A stretch of DNA of 64,000 nucleotides from Corallochytrium limacisporum Hawaii (Eukaryota; Protista; Pluriformea), in NCBI GenBank assembly GCA_002811645.1, contig PDIP01000045.1:1-64000 (forward strand), in the 5' to 3' direction. The position numbers were made by a program, and so were the translations under genes. Below, in pieces: positions 12,913 to 22,860 of the stretch (position 1 is the stretch's first letter; every line of letters starts with the position of its first letter). The notes beneath the pieces are model-generated. The model did no database searches. It was not told where the DNA came from and saw only the letters and a list, made by a program, of their open reading frames with translations.

Positions 12913-13974
12913 ATGACACGCCCAAGGTGCTTCTTCGATATCTCCATTGGTGGTATCCCCCATGGCAGAGTCGTCTTCGAGCTCTACAACGATATTACCC
13001 CGAAGACAGCCGAGAATTTCCGCGCCCTCTGCACTGGCGAGAAGGGAACCGGTGGCAGCGGAAAGCCGCTTCACTACAAGGGCAGTCTGTTCCACCGTGT
13101 GATCAAGAACTTTATGCTTCAGGGCGGTGATTTCACTGCTGGCAACGGTACAGGAGGCGAGTCCATCTACGGTGAGAAGTTTGAGGATGAGAATTTTGAT
13201 GTGAAGCATACCAAGCCTGGTCTGCTGTCCATGGCCAACGCTGGACCCAACACGAACGGCTCTCAGTTCTTCATCACAGTCGTTCCCACTCCTCATTTGG
13301 ACGGTAAGCATTGCGTGTTCGGTGAGGTCATTTCTGGTATGGGGCTGTGCCATTATATTGAAGAATTGCCAACCTCTGAAGACCGTCCTGAGCAGGACGT
13401 GATCATCGCTGAGTGTGGAGAAGGGGAAGGCTCCCCCTCGGGAGATACGGAGGTTCCATACACTCTCTTCCCGAACGGTGATGATTTGAAGGCAGCTGGT
13501 GATGTTGAGGCCGTTTTGAACAAATTTAGGGAGCTCGGCAATGATGCAGTCAAGACCAAAGCCCCTGGTAAGGCTATTCTCTACTATGAAACTATGGAAC
13601 GCTGGGCTCAACTGAAAGCGGACACATCTAACGGTGAGCAGACTGATGCCGAACGAAAGCTCGTTGCCGTTGCCAATCTAAATGCATCCGTCTGCCACCT
13701 GGATCTTTCACGATTTGATGATGCTATCGCATGCGCAGAGAAGGCCATCAATGGCACTGGCCTGACGGATGTGCAGAAGGCAAAGGCATACTTCCGCAAA
13801 GGCACCGCTCAGGCTAAGCTGAAACAACGTGAGGATGCTATGGCCACTTTTGAGGCGGCCAAGGACCTAGCCCCGGAAGACCAACGCATCGCCAATGAAC
13901 TCGCCCGTGTAAAGAAGGAAATCGAGACGGCCAAGAAGAAGGAGAAGGACATGTACTCCAAGATGTTCAAATAG
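12913..13974 (+). CDS. PPID: Cyclophilin-40 / Cpr6-like PPIase with C-terminal TPR domain (Hsp90 co-chaperone)
   Basis: [48 protein letters not shown] and [10 protein letters not shown] motifs, TPR helices (KAYFRKG) and the C-terminal YSKMF typical of Cyp40. Confidence 0.95.
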   Translation: MTRPRCFFDISIGGIPHGRVVFELYNDITPKTAENFRALCTGEKGTGGSGKPLHYKGSLFHRVIKNFMLQGGDFTAGNGTGGESIYGEKFEDENFDVKHTKPGLLSMANAGPNTNGSQFFITVVPTPHLDGKHCVFGEVISGMGLCHYIEELPTSEDRPEQDVIIAECGEGEGSPSGDTEVPYTLFPNGDDLKAAGDVEAVLNKFRELGNDAVKTKAPGKAILYYETMERWAQLKADTSNGEQTDAERKLVAVANLNASVCHLDLSRFDDAIACAEKAINGTGLTDVQKAKAYFRKGTAQAKLKQREDAMATFEAAKDLAPEDQRIANELARVKKEIETAKKKEKDMYSKMFK

Positions 13975-14072
13975 ATATAAAGGCTAACATAGGCGGTGTA
14001 GATATGTGATCCCAACTGCGATGGGTGCACAGCAGTTGTACCCAATCGTGTGGTCTTTACGCTTACCAACAG

Positions 14073-14093
14073 CCCCCCCCCCCCGGCGGGGGG
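14073..14093. repeat. C12 followed by G-rich run (CnGn quasi-palindrome)
   Basis: ccccccccccccggcgggggg between the Cyp40 and TBC genes. Confidence 0.8.
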
Positions 14094-14452
14094 AACCCTT
14101 CCGCTTCACTGGGAGGAGAACGAAAAACATTTCAGAATAAGGCCCTTTAAGACGTTTCCCTCCCTTTCGACACCTCACTATGGTCCCCGGATGCTGGTGA
14201 CTATGGAATCAGAGCGGGTGCGATCTATAAAGTTTCTCCACCTGGTTCTTAGAATGTGAATTGTAGGTATCACATCCCTCAAGAAGCTCCAGGTATTCAT
14301 GGAGGGACTACACGACCAGCATTATTTGTGAATTGCCTTCCGAAACGAGAGATCGCCACTTACAAACTAGATATCACTACGAGAGATGTAAATTGTGACG
14401 GGAAGAACAGAATGCTAACCGGCCCTCCGCTGTTGTGCGTAAGTGCGACAAT

Positions 14453-16261
14453 ATGCTCGGTCACTGTGACAATCATGAGCACGTAGAACAGACTCTATTT
14501 GGGAAGAACAATGTTTGTATACATAGAGGCCATGAACACGTCCCGGGGTATCTTGCAATCAGCAGTCTCAGTTGTCTTCCAGACGGTAATGAAAGTGACT
14601 CACGGTCTAAAAACGTTATCTTCTTGACATGGATCCCGAATGCGAACCTTGCTTCGAGTTCAACAGACTCCCCGGTTCACAGCCCGGCTCCAGCTGAACC
14701 ATTTATTGAAAAAATAGGAAGACCTGGCAGCGAACTCAAGATCAAAGTGGAGAACATTAGGGCCGTTTATGTTTCCAGTCAGTCTCGGGACAAAGGCTCA
14801 AATTGCACGACAGGAATAGCTCTACTCTTGCTGAAGGGTGCAGGTCAGAGCCCTCCAATGCATTTCCACAAACCTGGTTTGGACAGCTTTCTGGAATACT
14901 TTGCTGAGATCGTTGGACTGCGGGCGTCGATCAAAACCAAAGGTCTCTACCTCGCTGGAAGAGCACGGAGGTCCTTTGGAAGTAGTAATTCTTCTGGAGG
15001 CAGGGACTCACCGAAATCATTGACACGGTCAAGCATGGGTGGTATGGGTGGTCATTCGAAGAGCCGTGGACTACTAGAACCTAAAGATCTTGACCGTCCA
15101 AGATCAGTGGGCTCTCCTCTTCAGCAATCCATGAGCCGTGGTGCGGCCAACGAGGCTCCGTCCTTCTTCGACACCTTCAATAATGCGTTGGAATCGGGGA
15201 CGAACTTCATTAGGAAGCTTAGCAACACCAGTAGAGGCTCTAATGGGGGCCACGAAGAAGAAAAGTATGTTGGCATAGAAATTCTTCTTCGAAGATATTA
15301 CAGCGGGCTGAGCTCTGAGAGAGAAGACAAAAGACCGGTTTACATTCCAATCACGAGGCCAATGACCGATCAGGCACCTCTGGGTCCTGTAAATCCTGAC
15401 GAGTGGTGTGCGATCTTTCAGGCCACTGGACACTCTCCGCAGGACGGAGAGTATTCCAAGGGTCACGAGCTGTACAAGCAACTTACCAGGCGAGCGGAGA
15501 AGATCCTTGACGACCATTATGGACTGGACATTACTGTGACCAGCGACGAGGACCTCATTGAGTCGGTAACGAGGATCAAAAGTGATGTGCGTCGACTGGA
15601 TCTAACCGGATTTCAGGGTGATCCGCAGATCATACGACACAAGATTCAAACCGGCCTAATCATGTATTTCTTGATGCAGAAGTCAGTCTTCTATGTCCAG
15701 GGAATGGCGGACATATATGCAATCCATCACTTAGGCTGTAAGGATGACAGTCACAGTAATGAGGCTGTGTTCTGGTGCTTCGTGGGCCACATGTCTCGTG
15801 AAGCCCAGCTCTTTGTGGATGACCAGACGACCATGAATCAGCTCATTGACACGTTCAGGATCTTGATCCAGATCCTAGACCCAGGGTTCTATAGTCACTT
15901 AGAGAAGCATGATGGTCTTCATCTCTTTTTCTGTTATCGGTGGTTCCTGCTAAGTTTCAAGCGAGAATTCGCTGTCCAAGAATGCGCTCATGCATGGATG
16001 ACGATCTGGCGCAGTACGGCTGGAGAGTACTTCAAATGCTTAATCGCTTTCGCTATCATTCATTCCTACCGTGATGTTGTCCTCGATCAAAAAATGGATG
16101 TCGATGATACCCTTGAATTTCTAGGTGCCCTCAGTACCAAACTAGATTTTCGTACAGTGATGATGAAGGCCAGAAGTCTAAAGACCCTCTTGGAGAAGCA
16201 ACATTATCTGCCCGGAGAGCTCAAAGTGTTTGGGAACAAGGAAAACGAGCAACTGGAGTAA
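14453..16261 (+). CDS. Rab GTPase-activating protein, TBC1D16-like
   Basis: N-terminal LFGKNNVCIH...HVPGYLAI...LTWIPN resembles the TBC1D15/16/17 N-domain. TBC domain with R-finger IKSDVRR, Q-finger YVQG, LFFCYRWFLLSFKREF and KARSL. Start uncertain: first in-frame ATG is 14453 and a GTAAGT lies at 14439. Confidence 0.85.
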   Translation: MLGHCDNHEHVEQTLFGKNNVCIHRGHEHVPGYLAISSLSCLPDGNESDSRSKNVIFLTWIPNANLASSSTDSPVHSPAPAEPFIEKIGRPGSELKIKVENIRAVYVSSQSRDKGSNCTTGIALLLLKGAGQSPPMHFHKPGLDSFLEYFAEIVGLRASIKTKGLYLAGRARRSFGSSNSSGGRDSPKSLTRSSMGGMGGHSKSRGLLEPKDLDRPRSVGSPLQQSMSRGAANEAPSFFDTFNNALESGTNFIRKLSNTSRGSNGGHEEEKYVGIEILLRRYYSGLSSEREDKRPVYIPITRPMTDQAPLGPVNPDEWCAIFQATGHSPQDGEYSKGHELYKQLTRRAEKILDDHYGLDITVTSDEDLIESVTRIKSDVRRLDLTGFQGDPQIIRHKIQTGLIMYFLMQKSVFYVQGMADIYAIHHLGCKDDSHSNEAVFWCFVGHMSREAQLFVDDQTTMNQLIDTFRILIQILDPGFYSHLEKHDGLHLFFCYRWFLLSFKREFAVQECAHAWMTIWRSTAGEYFKCLIAFAIIHSYRDVVLDQKMDVDDTLEFLGALSTKLDFRTVMMKARSLKTLLEKQHYLPGELKVFGNKENEQLE

Positions 16262-16410
16262 CGACCTACGAATCAAAACGCGACATCATAAATGACTAGT
16301 GAACAGTGGTTTCATAGTGTACACTGACCCATGGAATTTATAGCATGTTCATGATACTGGCCAGTGAATCCATCACTTTGTGCTTCCATGGGATGCGACT
16401 ACGCAGGTAT

Positions 16411-16781
16411 CTAACCCCGGGGCTGCTGAATGTGACCAACTTGAATGCCGTTGTGCATGGGCTCTCTGGCTGGCAGCTTCTTAGCATTCTTGGGCTCAAA
16501 ATTTTGGCGCTGGTGTATTTGGGCTGCGACAACTTCCTCTTCACTGGGAGCACGTACCACGGGACCATCATCCGGGAGGTTTGCATGAGCAGGTCTGTTG
16601 GATTAGACGAAAACAAGAAAAAAAACTATGTTAGTCTGACTGCTGATCATTCAACAACGTCGATAGAGATGCTTTGTACTTACTCTGTATTTTCGGCCCT
16701 GGTCTCGGAATGTTTGCGCACCCTTGTGCCGCCAACACGATCGGCAGGAGGGTGACCGGCTAGCTTTGACTCAACAACCAT
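16411..16781 (-). CDS. DAP: Death-associated protein 1 (DAP1/DAPL1) family, 93 aa, 2 exons (16781-16684, 16594-16411)
   Basis: Spliced product MVVESKLAGHPPADRVGGTRVRKHSETRAENTEPAHANLPDDGPVVRAPSEEEVVAAQIHQRQNFEPKNAKKLPAREPMHNGIQVGHIQQPRG*. Both family hallmarks are present (AGHPPA.x.xGGxR and C-terminal HIQQPR). The 89-nt intron GTAAGT...GACTAAC...CAACAG restores the frame. Confidence 0.9.
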
Positions 16782-18053
16782 GGTGACTCGTCCGTATCAA
16801 ACTTTGTTCTAAGGCTACAAAAATGTTCCTCAAGAAACCCTCTTGTTGGAGTTATCGAATACTCTACGGTGTGTCTCTCGTACCTGCACACCTCTCATGA
16901 TCGTACTCATACTCGCCTCGACAGCGCAACTGTGTGGCTTGTTTCCGCAGTACGGGTACGTTTCGGGTAGGTGATTAGTGTCGATGCCAATTGACTTTTG
17001 CTTGTTTGGAGTAATGATTGCGGCCGTCGCGGGTCATAGGCCTGCTTGCACCTCGCACTCGACACAAACAAGAAGAGAGGCAGAAATGTGTTTAGCCCGT
17101 TCGGACACTATGGACACAGTACGGGTCTCTCATTCCCCGGCCGGTACACCTCGCCCTTCGTTCCGCCAAAAGCCACAAATCGCCCCAGGGACACCCTTCC
17201 TGTCCCGGGTGCGGTAGTGGGACTACGGCAGGCAACAAAACCGATGAACGGGCAGTAGAAAACGGCAAATTCTCTCGCCGTCTGCAGGTCTCGCAGAGCT
17301 GTGAAACAGAAGCGGTGGTGGTGGTGAGGGGGGGGGAAGTTTGGAGGGTTTGCGGTCGGGGGTTGAAAGAAAACGCAATGGAGCCCATTCTTTGCACATC
17401 ATTCGCAGTCCTCGATTCGATTTAAAGAGTCTGGCCAAACACACTGCACAAGCAAAAGAAAGCGATCGAGTGCGTAGAAAGTAACACTTTTCACCGGGGA
17501 AGATGGTGCTTACCTTCCACAGTCCAGTTTGAAGCCAAAAAGTAACAAAGGCCTGTGCTTACACATACCGAGAGATTCTTTGAACACAGCAGCAACGCAG
17601 CCAACAAAACCATCACATGTCGGTGGTACTCGGTTTATGCAGATCGTACTCTGTTTACCCTTTTCTCGGTTGGATGTGGGTGGGTTTGAGGGTGTTTATA
17701 TATGAAACTACTTTGGTGGAGAGGTTTCTGTCCACCTGTCCCTGTACAAAGACTATGGGGGTGTCATAGAAGCCCGGAAGTGGGGAGAATTCCACCCATT
17801 CGCAGCGCTACGACAAGGCTCCTCCCCCTCCCCAGTTGTCTCCCCGGCCGTGGCCCCCCCCCCCCTTTTCTTTTCCTCCCAATGTTTTCATAGTTTCGGT
17901 GCGGGAGAGGTCGTGTAGCTAAAGACTGATACGGCGAGTCCCATATATGCTTGCGTCAGTACCTACGCAGAGTGCAGAGTAGCTTTGCTCCCCTTGCAGA
18001 GCTTTGGCTTCGTACGGCTGGGACCCGCTTGAACGATCAGTGTCTGCAGTATA

Positions 18054-19109
18054 CTATCGCCGCCGATACATCTGATCACAGCATTCGATAATGCCGGACA
18101 TATAGCGTTGCCAATGCTGATTGGGACGAATATGGCTCGGATTCTCGTTCAGGCGGATGGACCCAATGGAATCGGAGATGATCTTGAGTAATTGGTTGAG
18201 ATCTTCCGCGCTCATTCCAGTGCCACGGATCAGGTCCAGAATCTTGTCATCGACATCGATGAAGATGTCCTTCAGTTCACGGCTCTGCCCCAATCCAAAC
18301 CCAATGTTAAGAAGCGCACGGAGCAGCTTGTATAGGATCGATGACAGGGCCTTGAAGGCATATTGCCCCTGTGTCCGTGCTAAAATCGCTCTCTTGTACC
18401 GGTCCATCAAATCACGGTCATTTAGTAACGTGATTCTCAACTCGCGCAGGTCTTGAATGAGAAATGGATCCAAGTCCTCTCCAGGGTCTCCATCAGGAAT
18501 GCACCAGGCATCCATAATCGCGGCAGTACTCTTCTCAAAGACGGTCAATGGATGACTGGCCATCCTCTTCTTATGGGTTTCGATTCTGTGGCTGCTCATC
18601 CAGAGAATCCTCGCATATCTTGTTGCTAGTTCTCTACTAAGATAGAAGGATTCCTCAATCCTCGTAGCATATCCGCCTTCATGATCTTCCAAGTCCTTAA
18701 AGATCCGTTTGAGATTGTCGAATTGCCTCCTGCAGCTTCTCATTGGAATCTTGTGGCTCTCTGTAATGTAATCAAGGTCCTTTCGGAGACGAGAAGAAAG
18801 TTTCTTACCCAAAATGGCACGGAAAAATTCATCATCAAAGGAGTAATACTGTTCAACCAACCATGACTGTGTAGGTGCCTCGATAGGAAAGACCATCTGC
18901 CCTGACAGATACCGGGGTGCCTTCAGATACTGCTCTAGAACATGGAACGCACGGTAGCCATGTAGAAGTGCATCTCTGCGCATGTAAACACTATCGCCTG
19001 TTCGATAAAAGTTACTTGCACGGTCTACTGTAAATCCTCGAAGCCATAATAAAAATATATCCTTGTCGATGAGGACAGAGTCGGACACGTAGAGGTCCAA
19101 ATCTGTCAT
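18054..19109 (-). CDS. FIBP: Acidic FGF intracellular-binding protein homolog
   Basis: MTDLDLYVSDSVLIDKDIFLLWLRG, YYSFDDEFFRAILGKKLS, SCRRQFDNLKRIFK, RIETHKKR and SRELKDIFID match FIBP. ATG at 19109. Confidence 0.92.
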   Translation of the reverse strand: MTDLDLYVSDSVLIDKDIFLLWLRGFTVDRASNFYRTGDSVYMRRDALLHGYRAFHVLEQYLKAPRYLSGQMVFPIEAPTQSWLVEQYYSFDDEFFRAILGKKLSSRLRKDLDYITESHKIPMRSCRRQFDNLKRIFKDLEDHEGGYATRIEESFYLSRELATRYARILWMSSHRIETHKKRMASHPLTVFEKSTAAIMDAWCIPDGDPGEDLDPFLIQDLRELRITLLNDRDLMDRYKRAILARTQGQYAFKALSSILYKLLRALLNIGFGLGQSRELKDIFIDVDDKILDLIRGTGMSAEDLNQLLKIISDSIGSIRLNENPSHIRPNQHWQRYMSGIIECCDQMYRRR

Positions 19110-19734
19110 ACTCACAGTCGTTGCCTGTCAGTGCTCACATGTTTGCCTGTCCGTGAAGATTCGCGACGTTTCACATCGTTTCTGGTCTACTCTTCGTTTT
19201 TCATCCGTGGATAATGGTGTAGTGTCGCATAAGAGCTATCTCAAAGAGCGCAGTCTTCATAAATACCATTGAGTATCACCTGTCACCACCCGGGTTGGCT
19301 CATGGAGTCAACACCACCCCCCCCCCCGGCCCCCTTCCCTACTCATTGTATTCTGACGGGCGTTCAATGTTAGATTTGAGTAGATTGAGTAAGGAATCAA
19401 AATCGGCCCGCGTCCTGGGCTCCAAAGCCACTGGGTTGTGTCTGGATTCGGTTTCCCCCACCGAGATCCCTTCCAGTGTGTTTTTGCGCGCACAAAATGG
19501 TTTGCTTGGCTGGTTGGGCACTTTCAGTGGGGAAGTCTCAAAAGAGGCCCTAGCCGGCCGACCAACCGCGCTCGGACACCCCATTGAGTCCTTTGTGGAA
19601 TGGATTCCGGTGCCGTTGGCGTAGCCGTGGCCAAAGGGTAGTTGAGCAATGTACCATAGAGATGGAGAGGTCCTGAGTATCAGGGACCACCAACGAATTG
19701 GATTAGTATTCAATGTCCATCCTCGCAAGAAAAG

Positions 19735-20889
19735 ATGGACGACGTTTTGACAAACACGCCCATAATCTTAGACAATGGGACAGGATTCATCAAGGCAGGA
19801 TTTGCAGGCGAAGAAGCTCCTAAGGCATTCTTCAATAATGTCATTGGACGGCCGAAACACATTCGGGTGATGGGATCGAGTGTGGAAGACAAAGGTGTCA
19901 TCGGCAAAAAGACGCAGGAAAGCCGTGGCCTTTTGCGACTGTCTGGACCCATGGATCATGCCATAGTCGAACACTGGGATGACATGGAGACCATTTGGCA
20001 ATATGCGTTCGAAGAACTTGCAGTGTCGTCAGATAATCATACATTGCTAGTAACAGAAGCAGCGCTGAATCCGCGGAGTCACCGTGAGAAGATGGCAGAG
20101 GTATTTTTTGAGTCATTTAATGTGCCGGCACTGCATTTCGCCCTACCAGCCGTGCTTTCTTTATATGCCACAGGACGAACAACGGGGTTGGTTCTGGATT
20201 GTGGTGAAGGTGCTACACAGTGCGTGCCGGTTTACGATGGCTTTGCTTTACCCAAGGGTATCTTCCGCAATGACATTGCGGGTTGCGACGTTACTCGGCA
20301 GCTTCAGCTTCTGCTCCGCAAGGAAGGGTACCTCTTCAACACCTCTGCCGAACTGGACTTGGTGAGGACAGTGAAGGAGGCAGTATGTGCAGTGTGGTCT
20401 CGGAAAGAGGCAGGTACAGCAGTGGCAAGTGAGATGGGCATGAAGGCCAGTAAACAAAAGGCTGCTACCTACACGCTTCCCGATGGGAAGCCTATTCGGG
20501 TCGGTGGTGCTCGCCATGCTGCTTCAGAAATTCTCTTCCAACCCCATCTTGTTGGTGATGAAGCTCTTAGCGTCCAGGAAATGCTTGCAAGTGCTGCTCA
20601 GAAGGCTGATGTAGATATCAGGAGCCATTTGCTGTCGAATGTTCTGCTCAGTGGGGGAGCGACGCTCACGAGAGGGTTTGGTAAGCGTGTTGTGGAGGAA
20701 CTGCAGGCCAGCCCTTCCATTGCACGTGGAACAAAGATTCGTGTGAGCGCTCCCCCTGAACGTCTTTACACGGCCTACATCGGTGGAAGTATTTTGGCAT
20801 CATTGAATACCTTCCGGAGAATGTGGGTGACTTCCGCAGAGTACCGTGAGCATGGACCCACTATCTTCAGTCGTCGTAGTTTTGGGTAA
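19735..20889 (+). CDS. ACTR1: Actin-related protein 1 (centractin, dynactin filament subunit)
   Basis: Actin fold (DNGTGFIKAGFAG, LYATGRTTG, LSGGAT, IGGSILASL) with the Arp1-type GRPKHIRVM, RGLL and KIRVSAPPERLY. Confidence 0.85.
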   Translation: MDDVLTNTPIILDNGTGFIKAGFAGEEAPKAFFNNVIGRPKHIRVMGSSVEDKGVIGKKTQESRGLLRLSGPMDHAIVEHWDDMETIWQYAFEELAVSSDNHTLLVTEAALNPRSHREKMAEVFFESFNVPALHFALPAVLSLYATGRTTGLVLDCGEGATQCVPVYDGFALPKGIFRNDIAGCDVTRQLQLLLRKEGYLFNTSAELDLVRTVKEAVCAVWSRKEAGTAVASEMGMKASKQKAATYTLPDGKPIRVGGARHAASEILFQPHLVGDEALSVQEMLASAAQKADVDIRSHLLSNVLLSGGATLTRGFGKRVVEELQASPSIARGTKIRVSAPPERLYTAYIGGSILASLNTFRRMWVTSAEYREHGPTIFSRRSFG

Positions 20890-21153
20890 GTAGGATTCTC
20901 TAGTCGAACGACAGAACCGAGTAGTGTATAGAAGTACGACCACAGCCTTCGTTAACCAAATCAAGAGACGCACCATGAGCCAAATTTATCGAAATTCTTT
21001 TCTTTATATACAATCTACTTTGGGATGTGCCTGTTATTGCACTTAGTATTTCATATTCAATACCTCTTATTGGAAGTGTTACAGCAACGCCAGCATTGCT
21101 GCTCACTAACATCTTCCAAAATCCCATTAGAGTCCTTGAAGTCCTTGTTTGTT

Positions 21154-22860
21154 TCAGTAACGGTCAGATTCCGTCACGGGCAGGGCAGTGTAGGAGTAGT
21201 ACATGGAGGCCGATTGGGGCGAGATGCGTCGAACGTGACCCCGCTGCTGGGCCCCGGTCCTGGTCCTGGTGAGCTGACCGCGATAGAAACTGAGATCTGA
21301 ATTCGCCAAAGTGCCGCTCCACTGGCGAATCATAATGTTGCCAGCGCTGTGCACATAGAAGAGTGTTAGGAAGATCATAAAAAGACACATTTTCACACGC
21401 GGCCAAGGGCTGTCAATTGAGTAGCCAAAGTACAAAAACAGATCATAAAGCAGAATGGCACCCATGAGAGCCGCAATTGTCTGCAGCCAGGGCAGACCAT
21501 GGCGCTTTGATGCTGAGTACTCGAAACCTAGGCTTCCTACCTTTTCCATATGCTGCTGTGCGGCAAAGAGCATACGCAGGTAGAGAGCAAAGGGCAGCAA
21601 CATGTAAAAGATGAGCCAGGTCGGGAACACCAAATAGGCCAAGCGCGGTGGCAATTGATTTGGAGTGGACCAGAATGCCAGCAACACGGCTGTGATAAAA
21701 TTGGTTAGGGGGAAGAAACGAGCGAATGTGGTCTTTGGGCCGATGCGGATGGCCACAATGGTGAGCAAGTTCGGATTCTCAATCATGCGGGTGTACAGAG
21801 GACCCCAACAGAGAGAAGTAAACATGATACCAATAGCCCCCATCAAGGACACAAAGAGACCAGTGCTCCATCCAGCAACGCCACCTTGGCCATCATCGCC
21901 ACCTTGTAAACGCTCCCGATGCCTGTTCCATTCCCAATTAAGATCCAGCAAGGGATAGCCCCACCACTTCCATGGTTTGCTACTCAACAGCGTATAGTGA
22001 ATAATTTTCAGCTGCTCCGGCATGAACAGCCATTCACCCCGAAGATAGTACATTGCCACATCCGCATTGTACCCAGCGCTCAAACGCTGCACACCGCGCT
22101 TTGGTTCCGGGTTCTTGGGGTTGAACATGGGTGCGTAGCGGAGCGTGTTGAAGTATTCGTTCAAGAAACCCTGGTCTCCACCAGTGTAAGAGCCCATTGT
22201 CTGCAAGTTATTTACCATGTCTTCAAAAAGCTCCATATCTGGCTTCAAAACCATGACCCCGGAATTGAACATATCCGAGTGACGTACACTAGCACAGAAC
22301 TGTGCACAGTCAAATAACTCGTCAATATTGCTCAGCACCAAGGTGTCCAAGTCCAGATACACTACCCTCTCATACTCTGTCAAAGTCCACATATATAGTT
22401 TAGAAATGACCTTGTTGAAATGCGCCGGCGCATTCTCGTACGGGTTTGGAAGGCTACGGATGCGCTTCACAATCCAGCCGTCTCTGGTCAACAATTCAAT
22501 TTGCTCCGAGGTGACATCCTCGGTCACAATGATAACTAAATCATGTTCGGTGCCAGTTTCCCGCAAGCTTTGTCCCAAAACCCTTGCTCCAAGAATGGCA
22601 TCTCCGTAGAGTAATGTTGCATATGCCAGTCTAGAGTTCTGTGACTTATGTGATAACCGCCGTTGAGCTGTGGGGTTGGCCTCGTCGCCTCCTGATGCAG
22701 TACCACCATATTCTGTTTCGCTATAGTCCAGGTCAATTGCCTGTACACCAGCTGTGTTAAAAGTTAAAATTATGCACAAAATTGCTACTATAAGAGTGGA
22801 CCAACACGGCCGCCGGTACCGTGTGGGTACTGACCCCCGTTGACCTATTGAGCGAGGCAT
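21154..22860 (-). CDS. GT8 glycosyltransferase, IPUT1/PGSIP6-like, with N-terminal signal/anchor and multi-TM C-terminus
   Basis: AYATLLYGD, RVLGQSLRETGT, YLDLD (DxD), FCASVRHSDMFNSGVMV, SYTGGDQGFLN, YNADV and IIHYTLLSSKPWKWW motifs, then about 5 C-terminal hydrophobic helices. Confidence 0.85.
   Translation of the reverse strand: MPRSIGQRGSVPTRYRRPCWSTLIVAILCIILTFNTAGVQAIDLDYSETEYGGTASGGDEANPTAQRRLSHKSQNSRLAYATLLYGDAILGARVLGQSLRETGTEHDLVIIVTEDVTSEQIELLTRDGWIVKRIRSLPNPYENAPAHFNKVISKLYMWTLTEYERVVYLDLDTLVLSNIDELFDCAQFCASVRHSDMFNSGVMVLKPDMELFEDMVNNLQTMGSYTGGDQGFLNEYFNTLRYAPMFNPKNPEPKRGVQRLSAGYNADVAMYYLRGEWLFMPEQLKIIHYTLLSSKPWKWWGYPLLDLNWEWNRHRERLQGGDDGQGGVAGWSTGLFVSLMGAIGIMFTSLCWGPLYTRMIENPNLLTIVAIRIGPKTTFARFFPLTNFITAVLLAFWSTPNQLPPRLAYLVFPTWLIFYMLLPFALYLRMLFAAQQHMEKVGSLGFEYSASKRHGLPWLQTIAALMGAILLYDLFLYFGYSIDSPWPRVKMCLFMIFLTLFYVHSAGNIMIRQWSGTLANSDLSFYRGQLTRTRTGAQQRGHVRRISPQSASMYYSYTALPVTESDRY

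Noticed and set aside
16338-16755. ORF-track ORFs 16338-16616 (-) and 16345-16755 (+)
   Set aside because: Wrong frames. The locus is explained by the spliced DAP gene.
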